The notes below the pieces were generated by a model, which saw only the letters and a list, made by a program, of their open reading frames with translations, searched no databases and was not told the DNA's origin. DNA of 62,803 bases, the filler included, from Octopus bimaculoides (taxonomy: Eukaryota), in assembly GCF_001194135.2 (NCBI RefSeq). It is 3 parts of 3 records of this genome, joined end to end, with 100 filler letters (N's around TTAATTAATTAA, not from the genome) between each part and the next. Parts side by side here need not be neighbours in the genome. Positions count along the whole stretch, not along the records: positions 1 to 30,112 come from NC_068984.1; positions 30,213 to 55,141 come from NC_068993.1; 1 more part is not named here. The stretch is one strand, 5' to 3'. Positions 29,594-41,390 of the stretch are shown here, in pieces. Numbering within the stretch: position 1 is the stretch's first letter; every line of letters starts with the position of its first letter. Position numbers and translations under genes: made by a program.

Positions 29594-30112
29594 CTGAAGA
29601 AAAAAAGAAAATACTTAACATATCAACGCATCTATTTAAGATATTATCGGTCAAACATATGGTCTTCTCTTGTGAAAGTAAACTGTTGATAGATGCTACT
29701 TGGAATATACAGATAGCGACTAAAGAACACCAAACTTCACCCATAACTTATTCAATTCAACCAGAATACATCCCTTATTTCTACGATGAAGAATTCTACC
29801 TGAGACGTCTGACTTTCTTTCTTCCTCAAGGTAAACTAATTTATTGCGTTTTTCAAACATTTTGTACTACCCGTTTTATCAGTTTGTGGTTTTAAGATCT
29901 GTTTCGAACAAATCCATGCTTCTGTTTGGAGGTAGTACCGTTTGCCGCGTTTATAGGCATTTATGCCAAAGAGTCAACTGCTTGTAATCTGCCATCAGTA
30001 CAGTACTCCAACTGATCAAAAACACTTAACGAGTGTAAGCCATCTCGGATGTTAACATATACATCATAGTAGCAACAGCACTTTAGGTCTCCATAAAAGT
30101 TATATATATATA

Positions 30113-30212
30113 NNNNNNNNNNNNNNNNNNNNNNNNNNNNNNNNNNNNNNNNNNNNTTAATTAATTAANNNNNNNNNNNNNNNNNNNNNNNNNNNNNNNN
30201 NNNNNNNNNNNN
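30113..30212. other. Artificial scaffold join (44N-TTAATTAATTAA-44N); identical linker at 55142-55241
   Basis: Exactly 100 bp with a central all-frame stop palindrome, present twice. Confidence 0.9.
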
Positions 30213-30258
30213 TTTTTAAATCGCTATTTTCACTATTTTCTTTGTTAGTTATTTCACG

Positions 30259-30313
<55 letters not shown>

Positions 30314-30314
<1 letters not shown>

Positions 30315-30920
30315 GGCAGAATTACTAGCAGGAAAGAAACAAAGGAATATTGTCATAAGCACGGTTCACGCGAAAGTTTCACCAAAGTTGACGATGCTGC
30401 ATGGAGCGCTACACACTAAAGCAAACATAAACAGACTGTATATGAAAAGAAAGAATGGTGGCAGAGGACTTATTCGTATAGACCACTGTATAAGGAATGA
30501 AAGGAGAACGCTTGCCGAGTATTTGATAAATAGTGAAGAAGACCGGCTGCAATATGCTGCGAAAGATATGAGTGTAAATGCAAATGAGTTTGACCAAAGA
30601 GCTGAGGGGAAGAGAAACGAAGACCTTCTTGAAATGAGAATGCATGGACAGTTTGAAAGGAATATACAGGACGTTAAGGATAATACAGCGCCGTAGGCAT
30701 GGCTTGAGTGAGGTGATCTGAAGCGTACCACCGAAAGCCTGATCATTGCTGCACAAGACCAGGCTCTCGCTACCAATTCAGTGAAGTATAACATCTATGA
30801 AACTTCTGGCATCCAGAAATGCAGACTCTGTGGAAAGAGTGTGGCAAATGTGACCCACTTGGTCAGTGGATGTGAGAGCCTTGCACAAAAAGAATACAAG
30901 CGCCACCACGATAGAGTGCG
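30314..30920 (+). mobile_element. R4/Dong-like RLE LINE fragment with CCHC knuckle
   Basis: HGALHTKANINRLYMKRKNGGRGL...GDLKRTTESLIIAAQDQAL...CRLCGKSVANVTHLVSGCESLAQKEYKRHHDRV; begins immediately after (TAA)n. Confidence 0.88.
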
Positions 30921-31488
30921 TGTGTATAGTGGAAAGCATTTAATACAACACTATTCTATATGCGTATCTAATTCCACTTACCCTCTGTGGAAATTTATTG
31001 GTTGATTACATTGACAGAAGGGAAGAGAGAAGTGAAGAGAGGATGGCGTAGAATCGATTAACTTGATATCACTATTAGATTGATAATTATTCTTATCAGT
31101 CTTAGAACAGTCATTAGCAAGTTCCGACCCTTGGGACTTTCTGAATTTTTCGCTTAAGAGAAAAATTGATTTGTATATTTTGAGTAGTGCAACCTGTTTG
31201 GTGATAAGCCATGGCTCATGCGGCCCTTTCGTCGAGAAAGGTTGCCCTAAAAACCAAAGACAATTTTGGTGTGATTTGAACCTAGAACATAATAATGGTG
31301 CATCTAAATTAAATACTGTGATTCTATTTCTCTGCTAATTTCATCATCCAGTGTTTTTTACGTAGCAAAAAATTACAATGAGAATAGCGATGCAGAAAAT
31401 CTCCCTAAAGTCGCATGAAATCGAAAAAAGGTTGTAAATCCCGTGACTCTCGCCGGAACGTAAAGCGTTTCCGTTTTGTTTTTTTCAG

Positions 31489-31657
31489 TCATTGAACTCG
31501 TTTCAACGAAATACCGGAGTCCATTGAATTTCTCCCTCCATATAATGTATGCTTTGGGTGTAATGCTTCTAGTTGGTATTGCTTATGCTCTTCCTAGCTG
31601 GCGCCACCTGGAGTGTGCCATCTGTGTACCATTTGTGGTCTACATTTTTACCTGGAA
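31489..31657 (+). CDS. Gene A exon (169 nt) IELVSTKYRSPLNFSLHIMYALGVMLLVGIAYALPSWRHLECAICVPFVVYIFTWK
   Basis: tttttcag|TC ATT GAA...TGG AA|gtaagt. Confidence 0.92.
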
Positions 31658-32238
31658 GTAAGTAATCTTTTTTTTATATTATTTATGTCGCTCGTAATTG
31701 GTTTGTTTCTCTGTCGCTACAACGGATAGAAATATTTAATTATTTTCTTACATGGTAATTAGTGAACCATAGTGTCGATGGTTACGGATTTTTGACGAGT
31801 TAATCATTGGTTTTATTGCACTTCTAAATTGAACGAATAAGTAGTTCAGTTGAATGAGCAAAAGAATACTCATCGTCGAAATCGACTGAGATCCATTTTT
31901 ACTTCACTATGAAGCTGTTTGTAATAATCAATGCTTGGACAAACATCAATTTTCAAATGAAAAAAATAGAAATAAAAGAGTTGGACGTAGAATCTCTCCA
32001 CCAGTGTTTGTGCTGAGTGAAAAGTTTGCGATGTTTTGGTAACTTGCTTGCTTTTTCCCCGCCAAGTTTCAACATAAGCGCAGGAGTGGCTGTGTGGTAA
32101 GTAGCTTGCTTATCAACCACATGGTTCTTGGTTCAGTCCCACTGCGTGGCACCTTGGGCAAGTGTCTTCTACTATAGCCTCGGGACGACCAAAGCCTTGT
32201 GAGTGGATTTGGTAGACGGAAACTGAAAGAAGCCCGTC

Positions 32239-32273
<35 letters not shown>

Positions 32274-34122
32274 TGTATGTATATGTTTGTGTGTTTGTCC
32301 CCCCAACATCGTTTGACAACCGATGCTGGTGTGTTTACGTCCCTGTTAGCTAGCGGTTCGGCAAATGAGACTGATAGAATAAGTACTTGGCTTACAAAGA
32401 ATAAGTCCTGGGGTCGATTTGCTCGACTAAAGGTGGTGCTCCAGCATGGCCGCAGTCAAATGACTGAAACAAATAAAAGAAAAGTAAAAGAAATAAGCAA
32501 CCAAGCATTCAAAGGAGGCGCCATGGTGTTGCACCATCCGAAGCCCCGTTTCTGCCAGTTCTTTGATTCCATGTTGATACCAGTTCTTTACTTTCGAGCC
32601 GAAGAACTACTTCACCGAAGCTTTCACCTCCTCTTGGCTGATGAAGCGTAGGAAGTGAGCTATGGATCGGAACATGTAATGATCCGAGCGAGATCTTTTC
32701 TCACAATCCTAACGTGCATAAACAGAGGTTAAGCAAGGCTTAGCTTCAGGAACTTGTCTCCAAACATAAGCGTTTTGAACACAAGGTAATGGTTTTGCGT
32801 CTGGTGGAATCGTGAGGGGATAATTCACTACAAATTCGTTCCGGATGGTCCAACCATCGACGCTGACCTGTATTCCAAACAGTTAGAGTAGGGATGTACC
32901 ATTATGTGGAAAAATTACCCGGCATTGGTTAACAGAAAGCGAGCTCCTCTGGAGTAAAACGAAACAAAACATCATACTACTCAGATGACCCAGAACGAAC
33001 TCCAGGAACTTGAGGGAATCGAAATGATGTCCCACCCAACGCACAGAACTGGTATCAGCATGAAATCAAAGAACTAGTCGAAAGGTGGCTTCAGACACTG
33101 CAACACGATCGCCCTTTCTTTGGATGCTGGGCTGTTCTTTGTTGTAACTTGAAGAATAAAGCAAATAAGTTACCAAAATACAACAAAACTTTCGTCTCAA
33201 TACAATTATTTTTACTACTGAAACATCAGGTTTTGTCTTATATTCTTTTCTTCTATTCCAATGTATAGGCTTCTACCAGAATCACCGAGATGGCTTATTG
33301 GGAGGGAAAGATATGCAGAAGCTGGAATATTGCTGAAAGAAATTGCAAAGGCAAACGGCAAAGATCCAGACATAATCAGTGAACAATTTGAAAGCCTCAT
33401 TATTGAGACGAAAGAGAAGAGAGAAAAGAAGAAAGCAGAAAAGACTTACACGTGTATTGATTTGATAAAAAAACCTTATCTGGCGTTTATCTCCTTTAAT
33501 GTTTGGTTTAACTGGTAAATATTGCAGTTTTGTTTTAAAATCTTTTTATTAGTGAAAAGTGGTAAAAGGGTAACAAGGAGGAAAATGCATACAAGCAAGC
33601 ATTACAAACATATATATACTTCATCATCATCATCATTTAACGTCCGTTTTCCATGCTGGCATCGGTTGGACGGCTTGACAGATGTCTGGAGAACCAACGG
33701 CTGCACCAGGCTCCAATCTGATCTGGCAATGTTTCTACAGCTGGATGCCCTTCCTAATGTCAGTAAGTCTGAGAGTGTAGTGGGTGCTTTTTACGTGCCA
33801 CCAGCACAGGAGCCACTCAGGCGGGCCTGGCATCGGCCACGTTCGGATGGTGCTTTTTACGTGCCACCGGCACAGGAGCCACTCAAGCGGGCCTGGCATC
33901 GGCCACGTTCGGATGGTGCTTTTTACGTGCCACCGGCACGGAAGCCAGTCAGGAGATACTNNNNNNNNNNNNNNNNNNNNNNNNNNNNNNNNNNNNNNNN
34001 NNNNNNNNNNNNNNNNNNNNNNNNNNNNNNNNNNNNNNNNNNNNNNNNNNNNNNNNNNNNNNNNNNNNNNNNNNNNNNNNNNNNNNNNNNNNNNNNNNNN
34101 NNNNNNNNNNNNNNNNNNNNNN

Positions 34123-34186
<64 letters not shown>

Positions 34187-34329
34187 GCACACATATATAC
34201 TTAAACGAAGTCAACAGACTAGTGAATTCCTAGTCATGATCATGATGATGATGATCCAGGCAAAAATAATCAGGCAAAAATTACGCACATAATATATATG
34301 TAGTTATGTATGTATATATATATTCACAC

Positions 34330-34367
<38 letters not shown>

Positions 34368-35127
34368 TTCACAGAAGCACATTTTAAAAGAAATAATTTT
34401 GCTTTCTTTCCCCTAGGTTTGCTAACAGCATGCTGTATTATGGAGTAGCGTTAAATGCCGTTGATATGGCAGGAGATCCCTATATCAACTTTTTGATAAT
34501 GGCAGTCGTGGAGATTCCAGCCTGTCTCGTCTGCATGTGGTTCTTTCATTGCTTCGGTCACCGTAAACCAATTTCATTCTTCATGGTATTTGGTGGAATT
34601 AACTGCATCATCTCCAATTTTATTGGGAAAGGTATTACTTACTTTATTTCTTTATGTTTTTCCTTCTGATTTGCCATCTTGTTTACAATATGTCGTTTTT
34701 GACAATTTGTTTCGATATTTCAACGACTTCTGCTCTTTTCAACTTGCTTGTTGCATAACATCGGATTCTCTCAAAAACCAACTCGAAACATTCACCTTTC
34801 TTTCTCTCGTCTTTTCCATTCCGTTTTGCCTTCTAGTTTTAGAATTGAAACTTTTAACACCAGGTTTCACAAGAATTTTCATCCCACAAAAGTCTGCTTC
34901 CACTGCAGACGTTGATTTACAGATGTTCATCGTGGATATCAATCACATCAATCACAGCTAATCGATTACATCGGCTTCAGTGTTTCACTGGTGCTTAATT
35001 TATCGACTCCGAAAGGATAAAAGCAAAGTTGACCTCGGGTGAATCCGAACTAAGAACGTGAAGACAGACGAAATACCGCTAAGCACTTCGCCCGGCGTGC
35101 TAACGATTCTACCAGCTCGCCGCTTTA

Positions 35128-35215
<88 letters not shown>

Positions 35216-35356
35216 GAGATATTTGAATGAATTTTGCATTATTTTAGGATCTGTTTGGATCCCGTTACTGTTTGCCGTTCTTGGAAAATTTGGGGCTACT
35301 GCAGCATATGGAGGAATTTATTTAGTATCAGCAGAAGTATTTCCAACTGTAGCCCG
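31489..35356 (+). CDS. SLC22-family transporter, gene A (partial: four internal exons)
   Basis: Exons 31489-31657, 33269-33514, 34417-34631, 35248-35356 splice in frame with GT-AG sites and no stops; motifs WRHL, LPESPRWL, YYG, EIPA, EVFPTVAR. 5' exons not found; last exon probably in the 35716-36656 gap. Confidence 0.9.
32078..32495 (+). mobile_element. tRNA-derived SINE, full length, with internal (TA)n
   Basis: A-box-like TGGCTGTGTGG, B-box-like GGTTCAGTCCC, then ACCTTGGGCAAG (CORE-like start) and an (AAAAG)-type tail. Other copies: 35545-35700(+), 38282-38718(-), 53711-53987(-), 27488-27650(-), 10175-10505(-), 16310-16532(-). Confidence 0.85.
32500..33180. mobile_element. Two opposed mariner transposase fragments in a gene A intron
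   Basis: Plus: KVMV..WWNREGIIHY..DADLYSKQL..WYQHEIKELVERW. Minus (32500-32745): DLA.SDHYMFRSIAHFL..EEVKASVK..WYQHGIKELAE. Confidence 0.8.
33269..33514 (+). CDS. Gene A exon (246 nt) LLPESPRWLIGRER...DLIKKPYLAFISFNVWFNW
   Basis: gtatag|G CTT CTA CCA GAA TCA CCG AGA TGG...AAC TG|gtaaat; the PESPRW motif after TM6. Confidence 0.94.
33630..33960 (+). repeat. Interspersed repeat with internal ~63-bp tandem duplication
   Basis: ggtgctttttacgtgccacc(a/g)gcacaggagccactca.gcgggcctggcatcggccacgttcggat occurs about 2.3 times. Confidence 0.7.
34417..34631 (+). CDS. Gene A exon (215 nt) [36 protein letters not shown]...SNFIGK
   Basis: ccctag|G TTT GCT...AAA G|gtatt. Confidence 0.94.
34960..35127 (-). 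mobile_element. Second tRNA-derived SINE family
   Basis: Head aaggcggcgagctggcagaa and a central gcctttcatcctttcggggtcgataaa..gtaccag-type block; copies at ~3238-3445, 43100-43320, 53560-53710 and fragments at 13790-13860, 14440-14510. Confidence 0.8.
35248..35356 (+). CDS. Gene A exon (109 nt) [37 protein letters not shown]
   Basis: ttttag|GA TCT GTT...GCC CG|gtaagt. Confidence 0.94.
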
Positions 35357-38281
35357 GTAAGTATCGAAATTTGGCTATTGTAATAATTTGGCATCACTAT
35401 TCTTCCTTTACACACGCACGCGTGCATATCTTGGAACCGAAGCGTAAACATACAGTCGTTAGATATCAAATCAATTATAACAGGTGTATATATAGTTATA
35501 CAACACATTCAAGAGAAATGCGTGTATATATATATATATATATAAGGAGTGGTTGTGTGGTAAGTAGCTTGCTTACCTACCACATGGTCCCGGGTTCAGT
35601 CCCACTGCGTGGAACCTTGGGCAGGTGTCCAATGGAGCCTCGGGCCGACCAAAGCCTTGTGAGTAGATTTGGTAGACGGAAACTGAAAGGAGCCCCTCGT
35701 ATATGTATATATATANNNNNNNNNNNNNNNNNNNNNNNNNNNNNNNNNNNNNNNNNNNNNNNNNNNNNNNNNNNNNNNNNNNNNNNNNNNNNNNNNNNNN
35801 NNNNNNNNNNNNNNNNNNNNNNNNNNNNNNNNNNNNNNNNNNNNNNNNNNNNNNNNNNNNNNNNNNNNNNNNNNNNNNNNNNNNNNNNNNNNNNNNNNNN
35901 NNNNNNNNNNNNNNNNNNNNNNNNNNNNNNNNNNNNNNNNNNNNNNNNNNNNNNNNNNNNNNNNNNNNNNNNNNNNNNNNNNNNNNNNNNNNNNNNNNNN
36001 NNNNNNNNNNNNNNNNNNNNNNNNNNNNNNNNNNNNNNNNNNNNNNNNNNNNNNNNNNNNNNNNNNNNNNNNNNNNNNNNNNNNNNNNNNNNNNNNNNNN
36101 NNNNNNNNNNNNNNNNNNNNNNNNNNNNNNNNNNNNNNNNNNNNNNNNNNNNNNNNNNNNNNNNNNNNNNNNNNNNNNNNNNNNNNNNNNNNNNNNNNNN
36201 NNNNNNNNNNNNNNNNNNNNNNNNNNNNNNNNNNNNNNNNNNNNNNNNNNNNNNNNNNNNNNNNNNNNNNNNNNNNNNNNNNNNNNNNNNNNNNNNNNNN
36301 NNNNNNNNNNNNNNNNNNNNNNNNNNNNNNNNNNNNNNNNNNNNNNNNNNNNNNNNNNNNNNNNNNNNNNNNNNNNNNNNNNNNNNNNNNNNNNNNNNNN
36401 NNNNNNNNNNNNNNNNNNNNNNNNNNNNNNNNNNNNNNNNNNNNNNNNNNNNNNNNNNNNNNNNNNNNNNNNNNNNNNNNNNNNNNNNNNNNNNNNNNNN
36501 NNNNNNNNNNNNNNNNNNNNNNNNNNNNNNNNNNNNNNNNNNNNNNNNNNNNNNNNNNNNNNNNNNNNNNNNNNNNNNNNNNNNNNNNNNNNNNNNNNNN
36601 NNNNNNNNNNNNNNNNNNNNNNNNNNNNNNNNNNNNNNNNNNNNNNNNNNNNNNNNCAGATTTTTAACATTCGCATTAAACCACACTTTTATCTTTTTGT
36701 TATTTTCATGTAAATAGAAAGATATATTCGATAACGGACACATTACTGATTTTTTTGTATCGATGTATCGATCCCGCCGGGATGAATGAATTAAGATTAG
36801 AAAAGAAAAAAAAATGATCAAAGCAGCGAAATTAAATTTATATTGATGGGATTTGTGACTGGAAACTTAAGAAACCGTGTTTAAGCACCTCGAGACATGT
36901 AGTTCAGCAATCTGTCGTTTATATCTAAATAAGTCTATACTAACAAAAACGAAAAAAACCAAACAAAAAAAAAAAACCAATAAAACAAAAACAAAACAGC
37001 TTCCATGGTATTGAACAAGAGTTTAATTTTTACCTATCGGACACCTACTGTACGAGACGACAGTTTGTCACTGGTATATATCCAACAATGATATCCTACA
37101 ACATATTCTGGACAGTGAAATGAGCCAAAGACGAAATTTTAGGTAAATGATGTCAGGCAGACCAGATTAATTTGTCTTGTGGAATCTCCCTCCTGTGTTT
37201 ATAAAAATACTCTGAACACTAAAGAGGTAAGATGAAGATTCCTGCATCGAGGAATAGAAAAGATAAAACGAGCGTTCGTAGAACGATACTACAAGTTTGA
37301 TTGCCAAAACCAGAATATAACGTTTTGTACTTTTGTGCTTCACCAGTGAATAAGGAAGAGAGAGAATATGGTGACGTATACAACATAAACTACAATATTA
37401 CTTTCTCACTCTACCTCACTATTTGATGAAAGACAAACTTCAGAACGTTAGCTTCTTCACACCTAATGACTACTAAAATCATCGAACATTTCTGTCATAT
37501 TCAATCTTGTTAATAAAACTTTTCTTTTCAATTTTCTACATACCTGAAAACATATGAAATCAATCCTTTCCGTATGGGCCGTAAAGTAAAGTAAAATATT
37601 CATCTCGATTAAATACTGCGGTTCACAAAGGGACTGCATCTGTTCTCAGAGATACAACAAGGTAGGGCCTCTATGTGTTGGCTCAATTTTCCAAAAATAT
37701 CAACCAAATCTCTCTGCTAAATGAAGGACACATTGGACAATGTAGTCGAAGATGTACAAAAATATGCGATGATTATGTGTAGAACGCCTTTTATCATGCA
37801 TATGTTACTTTGGAGCAGATTTGGGATTAGACGACAAGGACAACGTAGCTATATAGAGCGTGTCATGGTTGTCACAATGTGTTTGTGTGTGGAGGTTTAT
37901 CTGTATATATTTATATGTTTATAGTCGATTTTAATCTGATTCGTGGTGCAAATGATTACTGGTCAACAAAGCCAGCAACAGCCAATTAACAACAACAGTA
38001 GTCACAGCAATAGTAACAACAAAAATAGCGGTCAAAAGTTTTCAGTAACAACGAAACCGTTAGTAAATATTTAACACAAACAGTATAAAAATAAACAAGG
38101 ACGACATGAGCAACAGAGAAAGTCTTTATTCAGAAATAAGACCGACACCGATTTAGGAAAGTATGAAGTTATAACAACATTGATTGCAGAGTCATGAATA
38201 TCTTTGAAAAAGTGAAACTGGTTGGAAGCGTAAACGTTCCATTTTTATTCCAAGTTTACCATAAAAATTTTAGTGCATTTT

Positions 38282-38718
38282 CTTTATTCTTTTATTCTTT
38301 TATTCTTGTTTCAGTCATTTGACTGCGGCCATGCTGGAGCACCGCCTTTAGTCGAGCAAATCCTCCCCAGGACTTAGCCTTTGTAAGCCCAGTACTTATT
38401 CCATCGGTCTCTTTTACCGAACTGCTACGTTACGGAGACATAAACACACCTGTATCGGTTGTGAAGCGATGTTGGGGAGACAAACACACACTCACAAACA
38501 TATACACACATACATATATACATACATACATACATACATATATATAAATATATATACGACGAAATTCTTTCAGTTTCCTTCTATCAAATCAACTCACTTG
38601 GCTTTGGTCGGCCAGGGCTATAGTAGAAGACACTTGCCCAAGGTGTCACGCAGTGAGACTGAACCCGGAACCATGTGTTTGGTAAGCAAGCTACTTACCA
38701 CACAGCCACTCCTGCGCC
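38282..38718 (-). mobile_element. tRNA-derived SINE, full length (same family as 32078)
   Basis: Reverse complement of the 32078-32495 sequence. Confidence 0.85.
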
Positions 38719-38756
38719 TGTATTCAGTATAATTAACACCTCACAATTCTTGCTCT

Positions 38757-38801
<45 letters not shown>

Positions 38802-38937
38802 GGGGTTGGACAAAATAATGAAAACACCTTAAAATTTCGAACAAATTAATTTTAATATGGGATAGGACCGCCTTTGGCAGTAAGAAAAGCTTGAATTCTA
38901 CGAGGTATGGACTCGTACAAAGTCTGAATTGCTCCCA

Positions 38938-39712
38938 AAGTTCTGACGTTTTGGCATTGGGCAAAGATCTTCTCTCAAGTATGAAGGTGAATATGATGAT
39001 GATGATGATGATGACGGCGACGGCGGTGATGATATTGACGTAAACCTTGTTGCCCTCAATGATATGTGCGCAGTTGATGAAATTACTAAGGTTATCTGCT
39101 GGGTGTTATGATTGTGTGAATGTCAGGTTGAGCGAGTTCGTCGATCGCCCAAAGGTAGAACCATCACGTATGGACGGTGAAGTGAACTTTTCTTTCAAAA
39201 CAAATTGGCTGATTCGTTACTTGACACCATCAACCTCGCCCTCGTTATGTTCCTAATTGTGATTATGATAATGAAGTCATGACACGGATTATAAAAGACA
39301 TTAATATGATTATTATGATGAAATTTATGCAAATGCTTTCATTATCAAAACGATAATGTCTACATAGTCATCACCTTCAGAAAAGTTCACTTCACCGTCC
39401 ACACGTGATGGTTCTACCTGTGGGCGATCGACGAACTCGCTCAACCTGACATTCACGCAATCATAACCCCCAGCAGATAACCTTAGTAATTTCATCAGCT
39501 GCGCACATATCATTGAGGGCAACAAGATTTACGTCAATATCATCACCGCCGGCGCCGTCATAATCGTCATCATCATCATCATCATCATCATGCTGCTGGT
39601 GGTGGTGGTGGTTGTGGTAGTGGTGGTCGTCATCATCATCATCATCATCATCATCATATTCACCTTCATACTTGAGAGGAGAGCTTTGTCCAATGCCAAA
39701 ACGTCAGAACTT
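38938..39712. repeat. Long inverted repeat (arms 38938-39193 and 39379-39712, 185-nt spacer)
   Basis: Core 163 nt shows 6 mismatches between arms; outer arms also pair, with an expanded (CAT)/(GGT) tract in the right arm. Confidence 0.95.
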
Positions 39713-40089
39713 ATTGAACATCGGATTATTTCATCATTTTTTTCCTTCTTTTAATTCCTTTTGACTGTCAAAGACCATTACAGAATTCCTCTTACTCAGA
39801 TCAATTCTAATACATTTGTATGAACTTGGTTAGAGAGACGGGTTGTTACCGTCACAGATCTTCATAAACCACTCAGTTATGGGCTTAAATATACGAACAG
39901 AACACAGCAATCGGTATATACAGAGTTTATTTCTTCATATTATGCTTACAAACATTATGCGGAAAGAGGAACTCATACAAAAGCACACACTTACATACAT
40001 ACATACATGCATACATAGACACACAAACTTGCACAAACGCACAGACAGATACACACAAACACGCACACACACACTGTCTATTTTCTATT

Positions 40090-40297
40090 TTACAAGTTTT
40101 CCATATCTTCCACAGTCTGTGGTAAAGCTGTATCTTTCACTTCCGGAAGCAATAATGTTAGTAAACCAGACACTATTCCCAACACTCCAAAGACACTGAG
40201 AGGGATCCATGATGCATAAGAAGAGAGTCCAAGAATAAGAGGTGCGCTAACGGCTCCGAAACGCGCAAACGTTGAAGCAGTTCCCATACAACTGATC
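40090..40297 (-). CDS. Gene B last visible coding exon ([19 protein letters not shown]...[21 protein letters not shown])
   Basis: tttcag|G ATC AGT...TTG TAA; TM11-TM12 plus the LPE..LPQT C-terminal motif. AATAAA on the minus strand at 39926-39931. Confidence 0.92.
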
Positions 40298-41345
40298 CTG
40301 AAACGAAACAATTAAATTTAAATCTTCCATTCCAATCATTTGCCTACTTATTTATGGATTCATTACATGGTCTGTACCCCACGATTTAGTTGCCATTTGG
40401 CTGTCTTCTACTATGAAGCATTTTATCTTTGTTCGATCTATTTTAGCATACATTTTTTAGTAGTTGGAAAACGGTAAACTATGCTGTCCATTTTACAATA
40501 TATANNNNNNNNNNNNNNNNNNNNNNNNNNNNNNNNNNNNNNNNNNNNNNNNNNNNNNNNNNNNNNNNNNNNNATATATATATATATATATGTATATATG
40601 TATATATATATATATATTTTATATAATATATTATTTTTTATATCAGGAAATCAATATTAGGAAATTGACATTGTGAAGTGACAAATGAAATAAATATTCT
40701 TAGGAAGATACATCAAAAATTCTATTGTAAGTGGAACATGTAAGTGCACACTCACCGTATAATCGTTGGAAATATTTCTGCTGATAAAAGATATATTCCA
40801 TCAAAAGAAGCCGTAGCACCAAACTTGCCGAGAACAACCAATATTAAAGGAAACCAATATGAATCTACAAAATTATAATCAAAGTTGGATTAATTCTCTA
40901 GAGATAGGTATTTTTTTTTTAGTCAGCTATTAAATAGTTTATAAGCCAGTCTTTAGAATCAAACACATCGATTGTTAATTATAAATATGATAAAGTTGTA
41001 TTTTCCATATCAAAACCACCCACGTACCAAGGGATGAGTTCTATTGGTTAAAATTGTTAGCATCTTCAAGATGTAGCTGTAATAGGATTCGAGCGCTGAA
41101 CCGTCAAATAACGAAAGATTTGTTCAGTGAAAACTGGACCCAATGCTTTTAGTGTTGACTGTATTTTTATTACGTAACGATTTTGTGGTAGCTTTGAGAT
41201 ATCGAAGATTGTTATGGGCTAAAATCCATTTTGAGCAGGATGGTTTGTTTCAGTAACTTGGAAATGATTGAACAGAGAGGGATGCAGATGTGAAAAGAGA
41301 GCGCGAGAAATTATTGAAAGAGTTTTATGCATTAACTGCTGCTGC

Positions 41346-41390
<45 letters not shown>

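Noticed and set aside
30157-30168. TTAATTAATTAA palindrome as a biological site (piggyBac TTAA target)
   Set aside because: Centred in exactly 44+44 Ns and repeated at 55186-55197; assembly linker.
32078-32160. tRNA genes
   Set aside because: A/B boxes are present but continue into SINE bodies with multiple dispersed copies; no complete cloverleaf seen.
37034-37140. Possible SLC22 exon ending TCC GAT AG|gtaaaa on the minus strand
   Set aside because: In-frame stop immediately upstream, no acceptor at 104 nt, no DLVC motif.
39047-39525. Paired ORFs MLPSMICAQLMK... as duplicated small genes
   Set aside because: They are the two arms of the inverted repeat with TTG starts, diverge at the arm boundary and show no homology.
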